64,000 nt of DNA from Callorhinchus milii (Eukaryota), in NCBI RefSeq assembly GCF_018977255.1, contig NW_024704743.1:109246001-109310000 (forward strand). The letters run 5' to 3'. Under the pieces are notes generated by a model, which was given only the letters and a program-made list of their open reading frames with translations, did not search any database and had not been told where the DNA came from. The position numbers were made by a program, and so were the translations under genes. Shown piece after piece: positions 1 through 28,500 of the stretch (within the stretch, counting starts at the first letter, position 1; every line of letters begins with the position of its first letter).

Positions 1-1619
1 GTCGACTGATTTGTTTATTGTAGCATTTTTTAAATTCTTGCTTTTTCCCACAGTTATAAACCAGGCTACACATTGTGGGCTCTGGATGAGGTAACAGAAG
101 GCTACCATCTGCTATTAATCTGCTATTTAATTTAAGGATTATTATTATTATTTATATCTTTGCTATTATCTAGTCCATGTAAACCTCATTTACAAAGAGG
201 ATGTGGACTTTGGAACAATACTAGCACTGTTATTTCATTGGAGCTTCTCTTCAAATATTGCGAGCTACAGGTTGCCACACATTTCAGGACTCAAACTGCT
301 GCTGTCAGTCTTCTCTCGTCTCTTGCCTATTTTCACTCGTATCTCTGGAGAGAACACTATCATGGGTTGGTGGCTGACCTGCAAACCCACAGCAGGGCCC
401 CATCTGGATAGAAATGGATAAAAACAGTTAAATGTGTTCAGCAGACCGAAAGAGTCACAGTCCACCTGCAGAAAATGGACACTGTTCTTTATCCATGTGG
501 GTCACTGGGTGCAGACCGTATAAATGATCAATTCCTAAAAGCTGCCCTCGATAGAAAGGATGTAGGGAATGGTGAAGTTCCATTGACATGCCATGGACTG
601 CCTGTCTGCAAATGGCAAAGATTATTTTCAAGCATGTTTACTTCTGATATAACAGATAACAAACTTTGACTCAGATTGTTTAAATCCCATGAGAGGAAAA
701 TAGCTTATTTGCTATCTTCTGCTCGTGGGATTCAAAAATGATAGTGGCGATAAATGCTCATGCTATCAGTTGTAATTACACTTAGACGGAAATTCTGGAT
801 CTCCCCCCCTCCCCCACCCATTAGTCCAGCCAGAGGCCAGGGTTTAAGTGCACTGTGGACCCCACCCCTCAACCCGCTCAGAAACTAGACAACTGAGACT
901 ACCAAATGACGTTCCATAGGTAAACATGCCATCTTGGGAGCCAGTTCAGCTCCAAGGAGACCCCATTTACACCCCCAACATACACACACACACACACACA
1001 CAGAGGATAGGGCGCTTTATCAAATGCAAGGACTATCACTGTTATTTAATACTTTATTTAATATTTATTAAAAAAATGTTTTTGCAAGCCAAAGTTAAAT
1101 CACTCTGTTTGGGAGGAGGGGTCGGTGGTGGGGGTGGGGGGGAAGTCTTCAGCAGTTATTTGCATTGAAGATCGCTTGTGACAGACAGGCAGATAGGGGT
1201 TCACGGCCATTTTTAAAATTATAATGTGTGTTTTTGTTATAATGCGCGTGGAAAAAAAACGGCTTTGGACAGGTGTCTGATTTTAATTTTTGGGGGGTTT
1301 AAACCTGCAAATCGTGTTGCTTGTAAGTTTTATCTTTGAAGACCTTTTCTTGGTTTCAATAAGCAGATCTAAGTTGGCCACTCACTCTGCTGCTACCCGT
1401 AGGGAGGCAATGCATGATATTGGGTTTCTTTTTGGGGCTGGGCTCATATTTATAATAATAATTCTAATAACCATCCTTGCATTTCGATATAAGCTGTCGA
1501 TTCAATTCACGTGGTCGATTCAAGCCCTCTGGGACGCTACCCCGTGTGAGCAACGGTATATAAATGCAAGTTGTTGTCGTCGTCGAGGTGCCTCAAAGCG
1601 CTTCACAGGATATACTGTA

Positions 1620-1915
1620 AACAACAACAACGACGACGAAATGACATTTGTAGAGCGCCTTTCACGTCGGGAGGATGTCCCAAGGTGCTGGACGGTCAAG
1701 GGATTCGGACCCGAGGGATCGGGGAGGGTGGAGTCCGAGGGAGAGGGTCGGGGGGGGGGGGGAAGGAGGGCGATCGAAAGCACAATCGAAGAGGAGGGTC
1801 TCGAGACGGGTCTCGACGGAGAGTGGGGGTGGGGGGGGGATGCGAGGCGGAGGGTCTGCGAGACGGAGTGCCGGAGGGTGGGGGGGGGCAGAAGGCTCGC
1901 CCGCCAACGGTGGGG
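1620..1915 (-). mobile_element. L2 3' fragment in the RRS1 upstream region
   Basis: Minus-strand translation LETLLFDCAFD, L2 3' stem-loop and AAC-repeat tail. Confidence 0.85.
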
Positions 1916-2122
1916 GCGAGTGAAGTGGAGTGACTGTGTATTTTGTGAACAAAATTTTTTTTTGTGTGTGATGGGGGGGGTGGGGGGGGTGTGGTGATGG
2001 TGATGGGGGGCTGTGGTGTGTAGCTCAGAGTAACAGGGAGCAACAGAGAGAGGAAAAACGTGGGCAGGAAAGGCGCGGCGGCCCTCCCTCTTCCCCTCCC
2101 CTCCCCTCTCCCCTCTCGGCTG

Positions 2123-2162
2123 CACGTGTTGTCGGCCGTTGGCTCGTTGCGAAGATGGCGGC
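2123..2162 (+). promoter_or_regulatory. E-box CACGTG (2123-2128) and YY1-like AAGATGGCGGC (2152-2162) overlapping the RRS1 start codon
   Basis: Motifs read directly. MYC/MAX E-boxes and YY1 sites are typical of ribosome-biogenesis promoters; binding here is inferred. Confidence 0.5.
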
Positions 2163-3204
2163 GGCGGCGGCGGTGGAGGAGCTCCTGGCCCGGGCCGAGC
2201 AGGAGGCGGCGCTCCGGCTGAAGAGCATCAGCGTGGACAAGGAGCAGGAGCTGCAGTTCGACCTGGGGAACCTGCTGGCCCTGGACCCCAACCCGGCCAG
2301 CGGCCGCCGGCTGCAGCTGGAGGGCGAGGCCATGCTGCGGGCTCTGGCCCGGGACAACACGCAGCTGCTGATCGGCCAACTCTGGGCCGTGCCGACCCGC
2401 CGGGTGGGGGAGGTGATCGTGGCCGAGCTGCCCCCGGCCACCACCCGCCTGCCCCGGGAGAAGCCGAAGCCCAAGGCCAGGCCCAGCACCCGCTGGGAGG
2501 AGTTCGCGCGGCTCAAGGGCATCCGCAAGAAGAAGCGCGCCAGCCTGGCCTGGGACGAGAGGCGCCGGGAGTGGCGGCGGCGCTGGGGCTACCGCAAGGC
2601 GAACGACCAGGCCGAGGACTGGGCCTTGGAGGTGCCGGACAACGCCGACCCCAACGAGGACCAGTTCGCCAAGCGGGCCGGACAGAAGAAGGAGCGGGTG
2701 GCCAAGAACGAGCTGCACCGGCTGCGGAACATCGCCCGGGGCCGCACGTTACGCGAGGCCGGTGCGGCCGCCGGCGGCCCGGTCCAGCACCCGGGGAAGA
2801 GGGAGCTGAGCAGAGCCATCCTGACGGCCAAACTGTCCACGGCCTCGGTCGGCAGGTTCCAGGACAAGCTGCCCAAGGAGAGGGACAACCCCCGGGGCTC
2901 AGGCAAGAGGAGGCAGTTCAGACCTCTCCTGGGCGACTTCTCAGCCGAGAAGCAGAAGCAGCTGGAGCTCCTCCAGAGCATGGCCAAGTCCGGCCAGAAA
3001 CCCAGGCTGAACCTGACCAAGGCCGTCAACAAGCAGCTCCGCGAGGACGAGCGACAGGAGGCCGCGGAGAAGAGGAAGAAGAAGAAGGGGAAAGGGGGTC
3101 GGGGCCGGGGCCGCGACGGGTGGGGAGGGGGCAAACCGAAAGCCGGGGGCAAACCGAACGCCGGTCGAAAGCCGGCCGTGACGCAACGAGGAAAGGGCAA
3201 ATAA
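2155..3204 (+). CDS. RRS1: Ribosome biogenesis regulatory protein homolog, single-exon CDS, 349 aa
   Basis: ORF carries recognisable RRS1 motifs (ELQFDLGNLLA, LARDNTQLLI, LPREKPKPK, TRWEEFARLKGI, WRRRWGY, KKERVAKNE..RLRNI, STASVGRFQ). Intronless as in mammals; directly upstream of ADHFE1 as in other vertebrates. Confidence 0.98.
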   Translation: MAAAAAVEELLARAEQEAALRLKSISVDKEQELQFDLGNLLALDPNPASGRRLQLEGEAMLRALARDNTQLLIGQLWAVPTRRVGEVIVAELPPATTRLPREKPKPKARPSTRWEEFARLKGIRKKKRASLAWDERRREWRRRWGYRKANDQAEDWALEVPDNADPNEDQFAKRAGQKKERVAKNELHRLRNIARGRTLREAGAAAGGPVQHPGKRELSRAILTAKLSTASVGRFQDKLPKERDNPRGSGKRRQFRPLLGDFSAEKQKQLELLQSMAKSGQKPRLNLTKAVNKQLREDERQEAAEKRKKKKGKGGRGRGRDGWGGGKPKAGGKPNAGRKPAVTQRGKGK

Positions 3205-3869
3205 AACCGATGATGATGATGATGATGATAATAATAATCCTTGCATTCGATACACCGCCTTATCACGTCGTCGAGACGTCTCAAAGCGCCTCACAGGATA
3301 TACTGTAAAGTGGATCGACTGTTGGTGCCGTGGGCAGTTATAGAGAACCATGTCTTCCACCCATCCTCGTCTTTCAGACCGGTCAAGCGAATGTGACTGT
3401 GTCAATATATATTTATCTCGTTTCAAAAGGGGGAAACTATTTTTCCCCCCCCAAAACGCGAGAACCTTTTCACAAACACTTAAGTTGGTAAACCGAACCT
3501 GTATTTTTTTTATTGGGAGTTTGACGGATTGTCCAATGTTTGAGGAAATGACCTGCAGTAACTACAATTAAACTTCTGGATTTGTACGAAAATAGCGGCT
3601 TTATTTTATAAAAACAAATTTTATTCAGTATTGTTATAAGTTTGAGACTTGCTTACTGGTGGCTGACACCAAAGCGAGCCACATGTTTTTTGCCTACCTT
3701 TTAAATTAAGTCATAATTCTGGACAGGATCAATTATAGCTCCTTGAGAGCTTTTTACGTGGTAGTTTCTGAAGGTATTTTTTTGTTGGTGGGAAGAGGGA
3801 GAAGAGGAAATACTGTAGCCGTTTTTAAGAGGGAAAATACATTAACTGAAAGGATGCGCTATGTGCATA

Positions 3870-4621
3870 TTGGATGCTGCATTTTGCACTCACTGAGCTA
3901 GTCTGGAACCTTGGGTTTGTTTGACCCTCAACTATACTTTCTACCCCATATCTGTGCCATGCCCCACTCTGCCTTCCCTCACCTCCGCAACATCGCCCAG
4001 CTCCACCACTGTTTCACACTGCAGGCTGTTGAGACCCTCATACACGCATTCATAACATCCAGGCTTGACTATGCAAACTCCTTGCTTGTCAGCCTCCCCA
4101 ACCCCTCCCTTCATTGGCTGCAGATCATCCAAACTCTGCAGCACATGTCTTCTGCTGCACCAGGTTCTCTGACCCTATTGCCCCATCCTCACCCGACTCC
4201 ACTGGCTTCCCATCACATAGAGGATACACTTCAAGATCCTGGTCCTTACCTTCAAAGCCCTCCATGGCCTTGCTCCCCCTTACCTCTATGACCTTCTAAC
4301 CTCCAACCAACCTGCCCGCTCTTTGAGCTCAGCAGGCTCCGGACGCCTAATCTGCCCCACAATTGGTTGACGGGCCTTCAGGCACTCTGCCCCCCACCCT
4401 CTGGAACTCCATCCCGCAGTCCCTTCACCTCGCCCTTTCCTTTGCCTCCTTCAAGACCTGTCTCAAGACCCTCCTCTTTGACTGTGCCTTCGATCACCCT
4501 CCACCCCTGCCCTCCACCCTCCCCAATCCTGCACTCCAGCTAGGGTCCGAAACAGATTGTCCAGCATCTTGGGATGTCCTCCTGATGCAAAAGGTGCTAT
4601 ACAAATGTAATTTTGTTGTTG
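3870..4621 (+). mobile_element. Degenerate L2 3' portion
   Basis: [19 protein letters not shown] and LWNSIPQSL...FKTCLKTLLFD; TTG tail. Confidence 0.9.
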
Positions 4622-4669
4622 CATTGACTGAACAGTTACTGGACCTCAGAAAAGGGAAGCGCTTCAATA

Positions 4670-4900
4670 AGGTAACACAATGGCAAACCCAGCAGGCAAT
4701 TTGCACACAACAGTGTCCCACAGACAGTCTTGAAGCGAATAAACAGTTTTATCTGGAGGATTGTTGTCCAGGACACTGAGAGAAACCCCCTTTATTGCAT
4801 TGGAGTGTTAGCCTGGATACACTTGAGTTCAAACTCCTGATGTGGGGTTTGAACCCACAACCTTCTGACCCAGAGGCTAGAGAGCTGCCAGGCTGAGAAC
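4670..4900 (-). mobile_element. Old tRNA-derived (DeuSINE/SacSINE1-like) SINE remnant; similar remnants near 11810-12190, 24900-25180, 48330-48670 and 50830-51110
   Basis: Shared head GAACCCACAACCTTCTGACCCAGAGGC (reverse B-box region) and shared central segment; boundaries approximate. Confidence 0.65.
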
Positions 4901-6077
4901 TGATGCAAGCATGCTAACCATTCCCAGCTTTTCTATTTTGCCATATAATAATGGCAACATATTGATCTGGTCGCATCTGATTTTCCCCATCAATTTGCAT
5001 TTTCTAATTGATTTATTTTCTTAAGGTTATCCCCCACCTCCAAAACAAACCAGAACAGAGATGGTTCAGAATTGTTTTCAAGGTTTCAGCAAAATTACTT
5101 GTTTTGATTTAACAGAAAATATATTTCTCTTAAGTTAAAAGGCTTTTTTTAAAAAAAATACAAGTGAGATTTGTAATGTTCAAATAAAACTACTTTTAAC
5201 AGCTTACCTCCTACTCTATTATTGTAATATTAATGATTGCTTCACTCACCAAACATTTATTCCAGGTTGTGGATTTGAACCTATGAGTTTTCACAAAACA
5301 ATGGGGGGTGAGGGGGTTGATTGCGCCAACCATGTTGTTTGTAAGGTAATAAGCAGGGACTTCAAAATGCCCGAGGGGAAAAATAGTTATGTGCTATTGT
5401 AGTCAACCTTAGATACTTTGGGCTAGGGTGGGGAATAGTACCTCTTCTAGACAATCCTGTTGGAAAATGTATGTACAAATCTTGAGTGAAGGAATGCATT
5501 GCATATGGCTACAATATCACTCACACTCAATAGCTTATCAGCACTCAAGTCTATATATTCGAACACGATGAAGAACGGCCACTTGGGAAAGTGACTGGAA
5601 GAATGTCGGTGTTTGTTGGAACATACCTCCACGTGAGTTTTTTTTCACTAGAGCTCAATACAATACAGTTCCAGAGCACTTGTGTAGCACCTTTCACACA
5701 TCGGGTGGCCGTCTCATTTGGTTTAAGGAGCAACCTTCCTGATAGAGGGCTTCAAGGTTGGGAAGAGTTATGTTGGGGTAAATAGTAATCTCCACTCATC
5801 TGCATGTCCACATTGAGGCTGGGGGTTTACAATGCTTTTAAGTGCTGCACAACTGTGACTAATAAATAATCCTTGCATTTGATACAGCAGCTCATCAAAA
5901 CTTCTCAAGTGCTTCACAGGATTTTACTCTAAACTAGTAACTGTGTAGAGTTTTATACAAAATATACAGTCAATTCACTTCACGGTATATTCTGTGGAGC
6001 CTTTGAGACGTCTTGAAGACGTGATAAGGTGCTATATCAATAATGCACGGATTATTATCCTTGGTTGGAGCCTGTGG

Positions 6078-6171
6078 GAGTTGCCTGTCACTCTGTGCTG
6101 AGTTACCTGTCACTTTGGGTTGAGTTGCCTGTCTGCAGTTGCCTGTCACTCTGTGCTGGAGTTGCCTGTCA
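6078..6171 (+). repeat. Minisatellite of 5 GAGTTGCCTGTCA-core units (~22-nt period) just upstream of the ADHFE1 ATG
   Basis: Units begin at about 6078, 6100, 6122, 6136 and 6159. Confidence 0.85.
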
Positions 6172-6213
6172 GCTCCTCCCTTATTCCCACAGTGCTCCTG
6201 TGCCTTGGAAGTC

Positions 6214-23294
<17,081 letters not shown>

Positions 23295-24189
23295 TCTTGT
23301 TCCGCTAAGCAGAAAGCTGAGAACTACAGTAAGTAACACGTCATCTCACCAAGCATGAAAGAACAGAAGAAAGCTGCTACTTAATCTAACGACCTGTCAG
23401 AATGAAAGAAATGTATTGTAATCCTTAAACTATAAGCAGTGTTTATGTGGAAACAAAACTCACAGAGGGCCGTTCTCAGTCTGTCAGTGATACATATTCC
23501 CAACTGACTACTGTGCACCTCAGGTATTAAGGTTAATTTGGTAATATTATTGTCAGCCCACGCTTTTCATTGTAGGTTTGGTACGACAGGAGTATGCTCT
23601 GTGTTGGCAGAACTGAGACAATTACAGTCGGACACGGTTTTAATGCGGGTGTTCATAAAATCACACTTCCATTTTATTATAACGGGGCATGTTATAAAAA
23701 TGTGAGCATCTTGAACTTCACCATTGAGACAGCATGGAGGGGAGGGAGGTCGTTGCCAGCCTCTGATACAATCCCTGTAAAATTCCCCATAAATCGGCCC
23801 CCACTCGGCTCTGCATGGCACGTGAATGGCTTAAATTAAGGATTAAGAATTTGTTTTACTCAGAGGGTTATTAGATTACAGAATGCCTCAGCACAAATGG
23901 CTGTTGGTGCCAATCCATGATAATATTTCTAAAGGGAATGGGATAAACACTTGAATAAAAATATTAAAGGGTACGGGGAACGGAGAATGGGAACTAGAAT
24001 AATTGGCACCAGTGGGGGAACCAGAAATGGCATCAGAGAATGGCTGCCCCCTGTGTTGTAATTTGAGTTAAGGCGATATCGTGTCATTCACGATGTCAAA
24101 ATCCGCAAATCATCTTTGAGCGCAACAACTGTGCCACAGTCGGGGTTGGGGGGGAGAGCGGGATAGCTGCTGTCAATCTTTAGTCATAA

Positions 24190-24195
24190 AATAAA
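24190..24195 (+). terminator. Candidate ADHFE1 polyadenylation signal AATAAA (alternative at 23954-23959, inside a CR1 remnant)
   Basis: Hexamers seen downstream of the stop; usage unknown. Confidence 0.35.
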
Positions 24196-25269
24196 AGGTC
24201 AATATTTCTAAACAGATTCATTCTGATCTCACATTGAGTCTATTAAGAAACATTGTAATTTTCATCACATAGTGCAAAGAGAACTCCCCCACATGCTCAG
24301 TATGCAGCCCTTGTCTACAGATAGCAACGGACTCGGACAAAACACTTGTGAGTTTTTCTAAGAAACCGAGGTTCTTGAGCAAAAATGTATTTGTGTTTTT
24401 TGCTCTCCGGATTAAATGTGTTTTTTTAACCTTAGGAAAGTGTCCTTACAGTGCTGTGACGCTAAATAATATTGATTTTTTTCCAACTGAAATGGCCTTG
24501 GGACTGTGTCAAACAGCAAGAGATATAATTGCTGCCCCATAACTTTGTATTGATATTGTCTGTCCATACTTGAATAGATTCTGATTGATTGTCATGCTCC
24601 TGTGATTCTAACATGAATAACACCAGAAATAAAGCTGCTTTATCACAAATGGACTGCTGTGTCTCCTCTCAGGTCCTCTGTTCAGTCTCCGATCAGCAAA
24701 TGGCATCCATATCAGTAAAGTAGTTTTTTCGAATCCATTTTCTGATCCGTGCCATATAGAAGAGAATAACAGCTGGAAGTTAACCGGTGGAAATGCACTT
24801 ACCCTATAATACTGCAAAAAGCATACTGCTGATATTAATTTGGATTCTCCCCACCAATACAAATGTGTAACCAACAAAAATGGAGGTTTTCTGCATTAAT
24901 GGAGGTGCTGTCTTTCTGATAAGACATCAAAATGAGATCCTGCCAGTTTAGGTGGACGTTAAAGATCCTATGACACGATTCGAAAAGAGAAAAGAGTTTT
25001 TTCCGGTGTCCTGGCCAACAATTCCCTGAATAATATTGGTCACTTACTTCATGGGAGTTTGTAGGTCATCAGCTGTGCCCAAATTGGCTTCTGCTTGTTC
25101 CGATAAAACTTTAAAGTAAATCCTGCGAGACGTCCTCCTGGCATGAAGGGCACCTTATCAAATGCTAGGATTATTGAAATAAATGATATACCATGATAGA
25201 TCAACCAACAAGTGTACCTGTATATGGTTCAGATACATTACTACATGTTTTTGAGTTAATTGCCTACAG

Positions 25270-25587
25270 TGGAGTCCTGGGTTCGATTCCCGGCAGGGCG
25301 AAACATTGGACAAGTTTCCTTACTCCACACGCCTCTGTTTACCTAGCAGTAAGTAGGAACCTGCTTGTTAGTCGATTGGTGGATCGCTTTACTAAGGGTA
25401 ATAATTCCTTCAAAAAAAGATAATAAATTGGTCACTCAATCCACGACTGTTTGTGGGACACTGCTGTGCACAATTGGCTGCCGCGTTTCGCCCACAGTCA
25501 ATTCACTTTACAGTATATTCTGTGAAGCGCTGTGAGACGTTGCGAAAATGTGATAAGGCGCTATATTAAATGCAAGGATTATTATTT
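25270..25587 (+). mobile_element. Long-form SINE with a deleted A-box segment
   Basis: GGAGTCCT joined directly to GGGTTCGATTCCCGG; body and tail match the other copies. Confidence 0.85.
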
Positions 25588-28500
25588 TTGTGGAAGAAGC
25601 ATTCCTGAGGTTGAAGTTGATTTGAACAGAATTGCTCTTCAGAAGTGGTGGTGATGAAGTACCACCGAAGCAAAGGGATAGATGAGGAAAAGAGGAATGT
25701 TCTGCTGGCCAGCAGGAGTTGCTCATTTTGATTGGAACATAATTTTGTTTTGCTCTCAATTCAATTTTACGTTAATCATCAGTAGTCCTGCATGAGATCT
25801 TAGATGCTTGTAAATTCAAATATGTGGGAGCTGTACGTGCCTGAGTGCACATGTCCCTAACCCATAACCACTTTAGTATCTTGATTCTTCATTAAATTCT
25901 AAGCAAACTTCAAAAATGTCCTGTGCTGATCATCCCCAGATCTGATCATAAACAAGGAGCCTGGAAACTCAGTGGTACTTGAATACATATATTGCTATAA
26001 ACACCAACTTTCCATCTCAATGAACAATTCATGAGATTGCAAACAAACCCGCTAAGTAACCAGCTCTTGCCAGGGGTTGTGTTTCTATATTTGACTGCAA
26101 TTCACGTTAAACTGAAATGTACTTTGAAGATGGGTTTGTCAGAGAGACATTTGAATCCCAGCACATTTATTTCCAGTCAGTGGCTCTTAGTTCAATTTCA
26201 CTCCACACGAGGGAGCTGTTCATTTGAAGCAGCAGCTCCTCCAGAGTGCACTTTACATTGTGGTTCAAGACAACACGTCACTTCTACTTGTTCGAGTTTT
26301 TGTACCTTCCCTTGTGTGTCCGCCTGACAAACTTGGAAGCCTCTAAGTCAAAAGTTTGTAAATTCAAGCCCCACGTCGGGATTTTGAGCCCATGTAGTCC
26401 AGGCTGACATTCCAATATGACGCTGGGGTTTGCTGGATTGTTTGAAGTGCTGGTGGCTATTTTCAGCTTAACTATAATTAAGCGATAAGAGTTTCATTCA
26501 GTCTCTTTTCTATTTCCACTTCCAAAATTAGCCATGATTTCCACTGCTATCCTGACAGACAGGGTCAGGTGATTTAAAAGGGCTTAACCTAAGATTATAT
26601 CAGAAGGATTCTTACCAGGAACTGGTCTTTATGAAGTGAAACATAGACAATAGGGCTTCCAGTTACTTGAACAAACAATTTAGGCCATGTGATACAAATG
26701 ACAGAGTCAATCACACACTTTATGAGCCTAAATATTACTGCAAAGTATCATATAGTTATGGTAAGATTTAGGTGACAACAAAGCAATATTGTATTTCATT
26801 TCTTGTTCTTACTGTTAGGCAATTGGAAAAAAAACACTATGGATACGAGAGAGTAGGCTGTTTCCAGGGTAACTAGAAGCGAGCAATAGTTTCATTTAAA
26901 GTCTTTTTTTTTACCCTTTAGGACTAGTTTCCGTGATGTTTCACTCTATGTAATTGTGTGTAATTCATCATGTCTTTCTGATTGTGTGGAAGAAAATGCA
27001 TTTGTGCTATCTGCTTTCCACATTTTTACCGTGCAGTGTTATAAACTTTATGTAACTTCCAAGCAGCTCAGTTTAACATGCTATCTATTATAAATTCTGA
27101 CATACAAAAAAATAGGCTCAGTGGCCTAAGTCTGTAGTGATATTAAAAAAAAACTGTTTGCTCTGTGACTCAGGACTGACCGGTGGCATAACAACAATGT
27201 AACCTTATATGGTGTCTTTGGCTTTTTTAAAAAAAGTCTTCAAGCACTTTACAGAGTGAGATTAATTAGAAATGAAGTGAATGTTGTTCTGGAGGCAAAC
27301 ATGTCTGCTAATTTGTGCCAATAGTGTTCTACAAACAGCAAAAAGTACTGTAGTTGAATGTTACAGAGTACTGGACTAGTTCAATCCCTACCTGACTTCA
27401 TTGCTGTTTTTAGTGTACAATCTTTAACTCTTTGCCACTTACATTGTTAGTGGAAAATGCAAGCGTTGATGTAATACCAGAAAAATTACCCTTTCTTACG
27501 ATACAATTCCCCACTCAGAGGTGATATGGGCGCAACACTGCTGTCAGTCTGAATACAGGGAAATCTGTTATTAGAAAAAGTAATTGTTTTCTAGCCGTTA
27601 TAATTTGAACATAATGTGCTCACTCATTCAGCTTTCAAACCAGATGACATAATGCTTCAGAACTGCCTTCCATGTAGTCTTGAATCGGTGTAGGGGAAGA
27701 AGGTTCTTTGGATTTGATTGTCATTTATATAATAGAAGGATAAGAAAATTTCCATCTCGGTAAATGACATCCCCATCTGTTGAGTCCGCATATGCTAAAA
27801 TGGTCCAATCTGAATGATATAATGCCCCCCCCCCCACACACACACACATACGTGTGAAATTGAAAATTGACCAAAGCATTTTATTTACTTAGGTTCTGTG
27901 CAAGATGCATGCAGCTAACTTACTATGGATCATGGATATTTATGTTTATTTAGTATGTATCATTGGACATTAAACGCCTCAAAAAGCGTTTCTTTTTCTC
28001 TGTCCTTTCAAAAATATTTTCAGGGTGAAATTAACCATTGTTGGAATTGTACAGTAAGAAAAGGTAATAAATTGAATACTGTGATGAACATCACAACGAT
28101 TAATATAGGTCATGGTCATCAATAAAATATATACAGTAATCTAGTACAATGCAATACAATTTACATAGCGCCTTTCACGTCAGAAGGATGTCTCGAACTG
28201 CTTAAATACACAGCATTTATAATACAAGTTGTTGTTGTTGATTTCTGATGGGTTTCCTTAATAAAGAGGCTGGCAATACATCAGCTGACCAATCCACCAC
28301 AATGAACTTTGGAGCTGAGTTGCTGTGGGTCAGTATGATATTACAAGACAATATACAGCACGGTTTACATGTACATATATAGATATATATATCGTGCCTT
28401 TCATATCAGGAGCACGTCCCAAAGCATTTGTAATGCTGCATGGGCACCCGAGTTGGGGGTGCGAGCTGAAGGGAGTGGCAAGAGGAAAGATGACCAAAAG

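Larger units (their letters stand above)
1500..3330. promoter_or_regulatory. CpG island covering the RRS1 promoter and CDS
   Basis: Very high GC and CpG density compared with the CpG-poor remainder of the window; boundaries judged by eye. Confidence 0.85.

Noticed and set aside
1290..3426. Long overlapping ORFs around RRS1 (1290-1997+, 1696-2718-, 2139-3308+, 2589-3284- and others)
   Set aside because: Expected by-products of very high GC content, antisense of a GC3-rich CDS and read-through into L2/SINE remnants; no recognisable domains.
6078..6171. Spaced short repeats superficially like a CRISPR array
   Set aside because: Vertebrate context, spacers are short and similar to each other, and there are no cas genes; it is a minisatellite.
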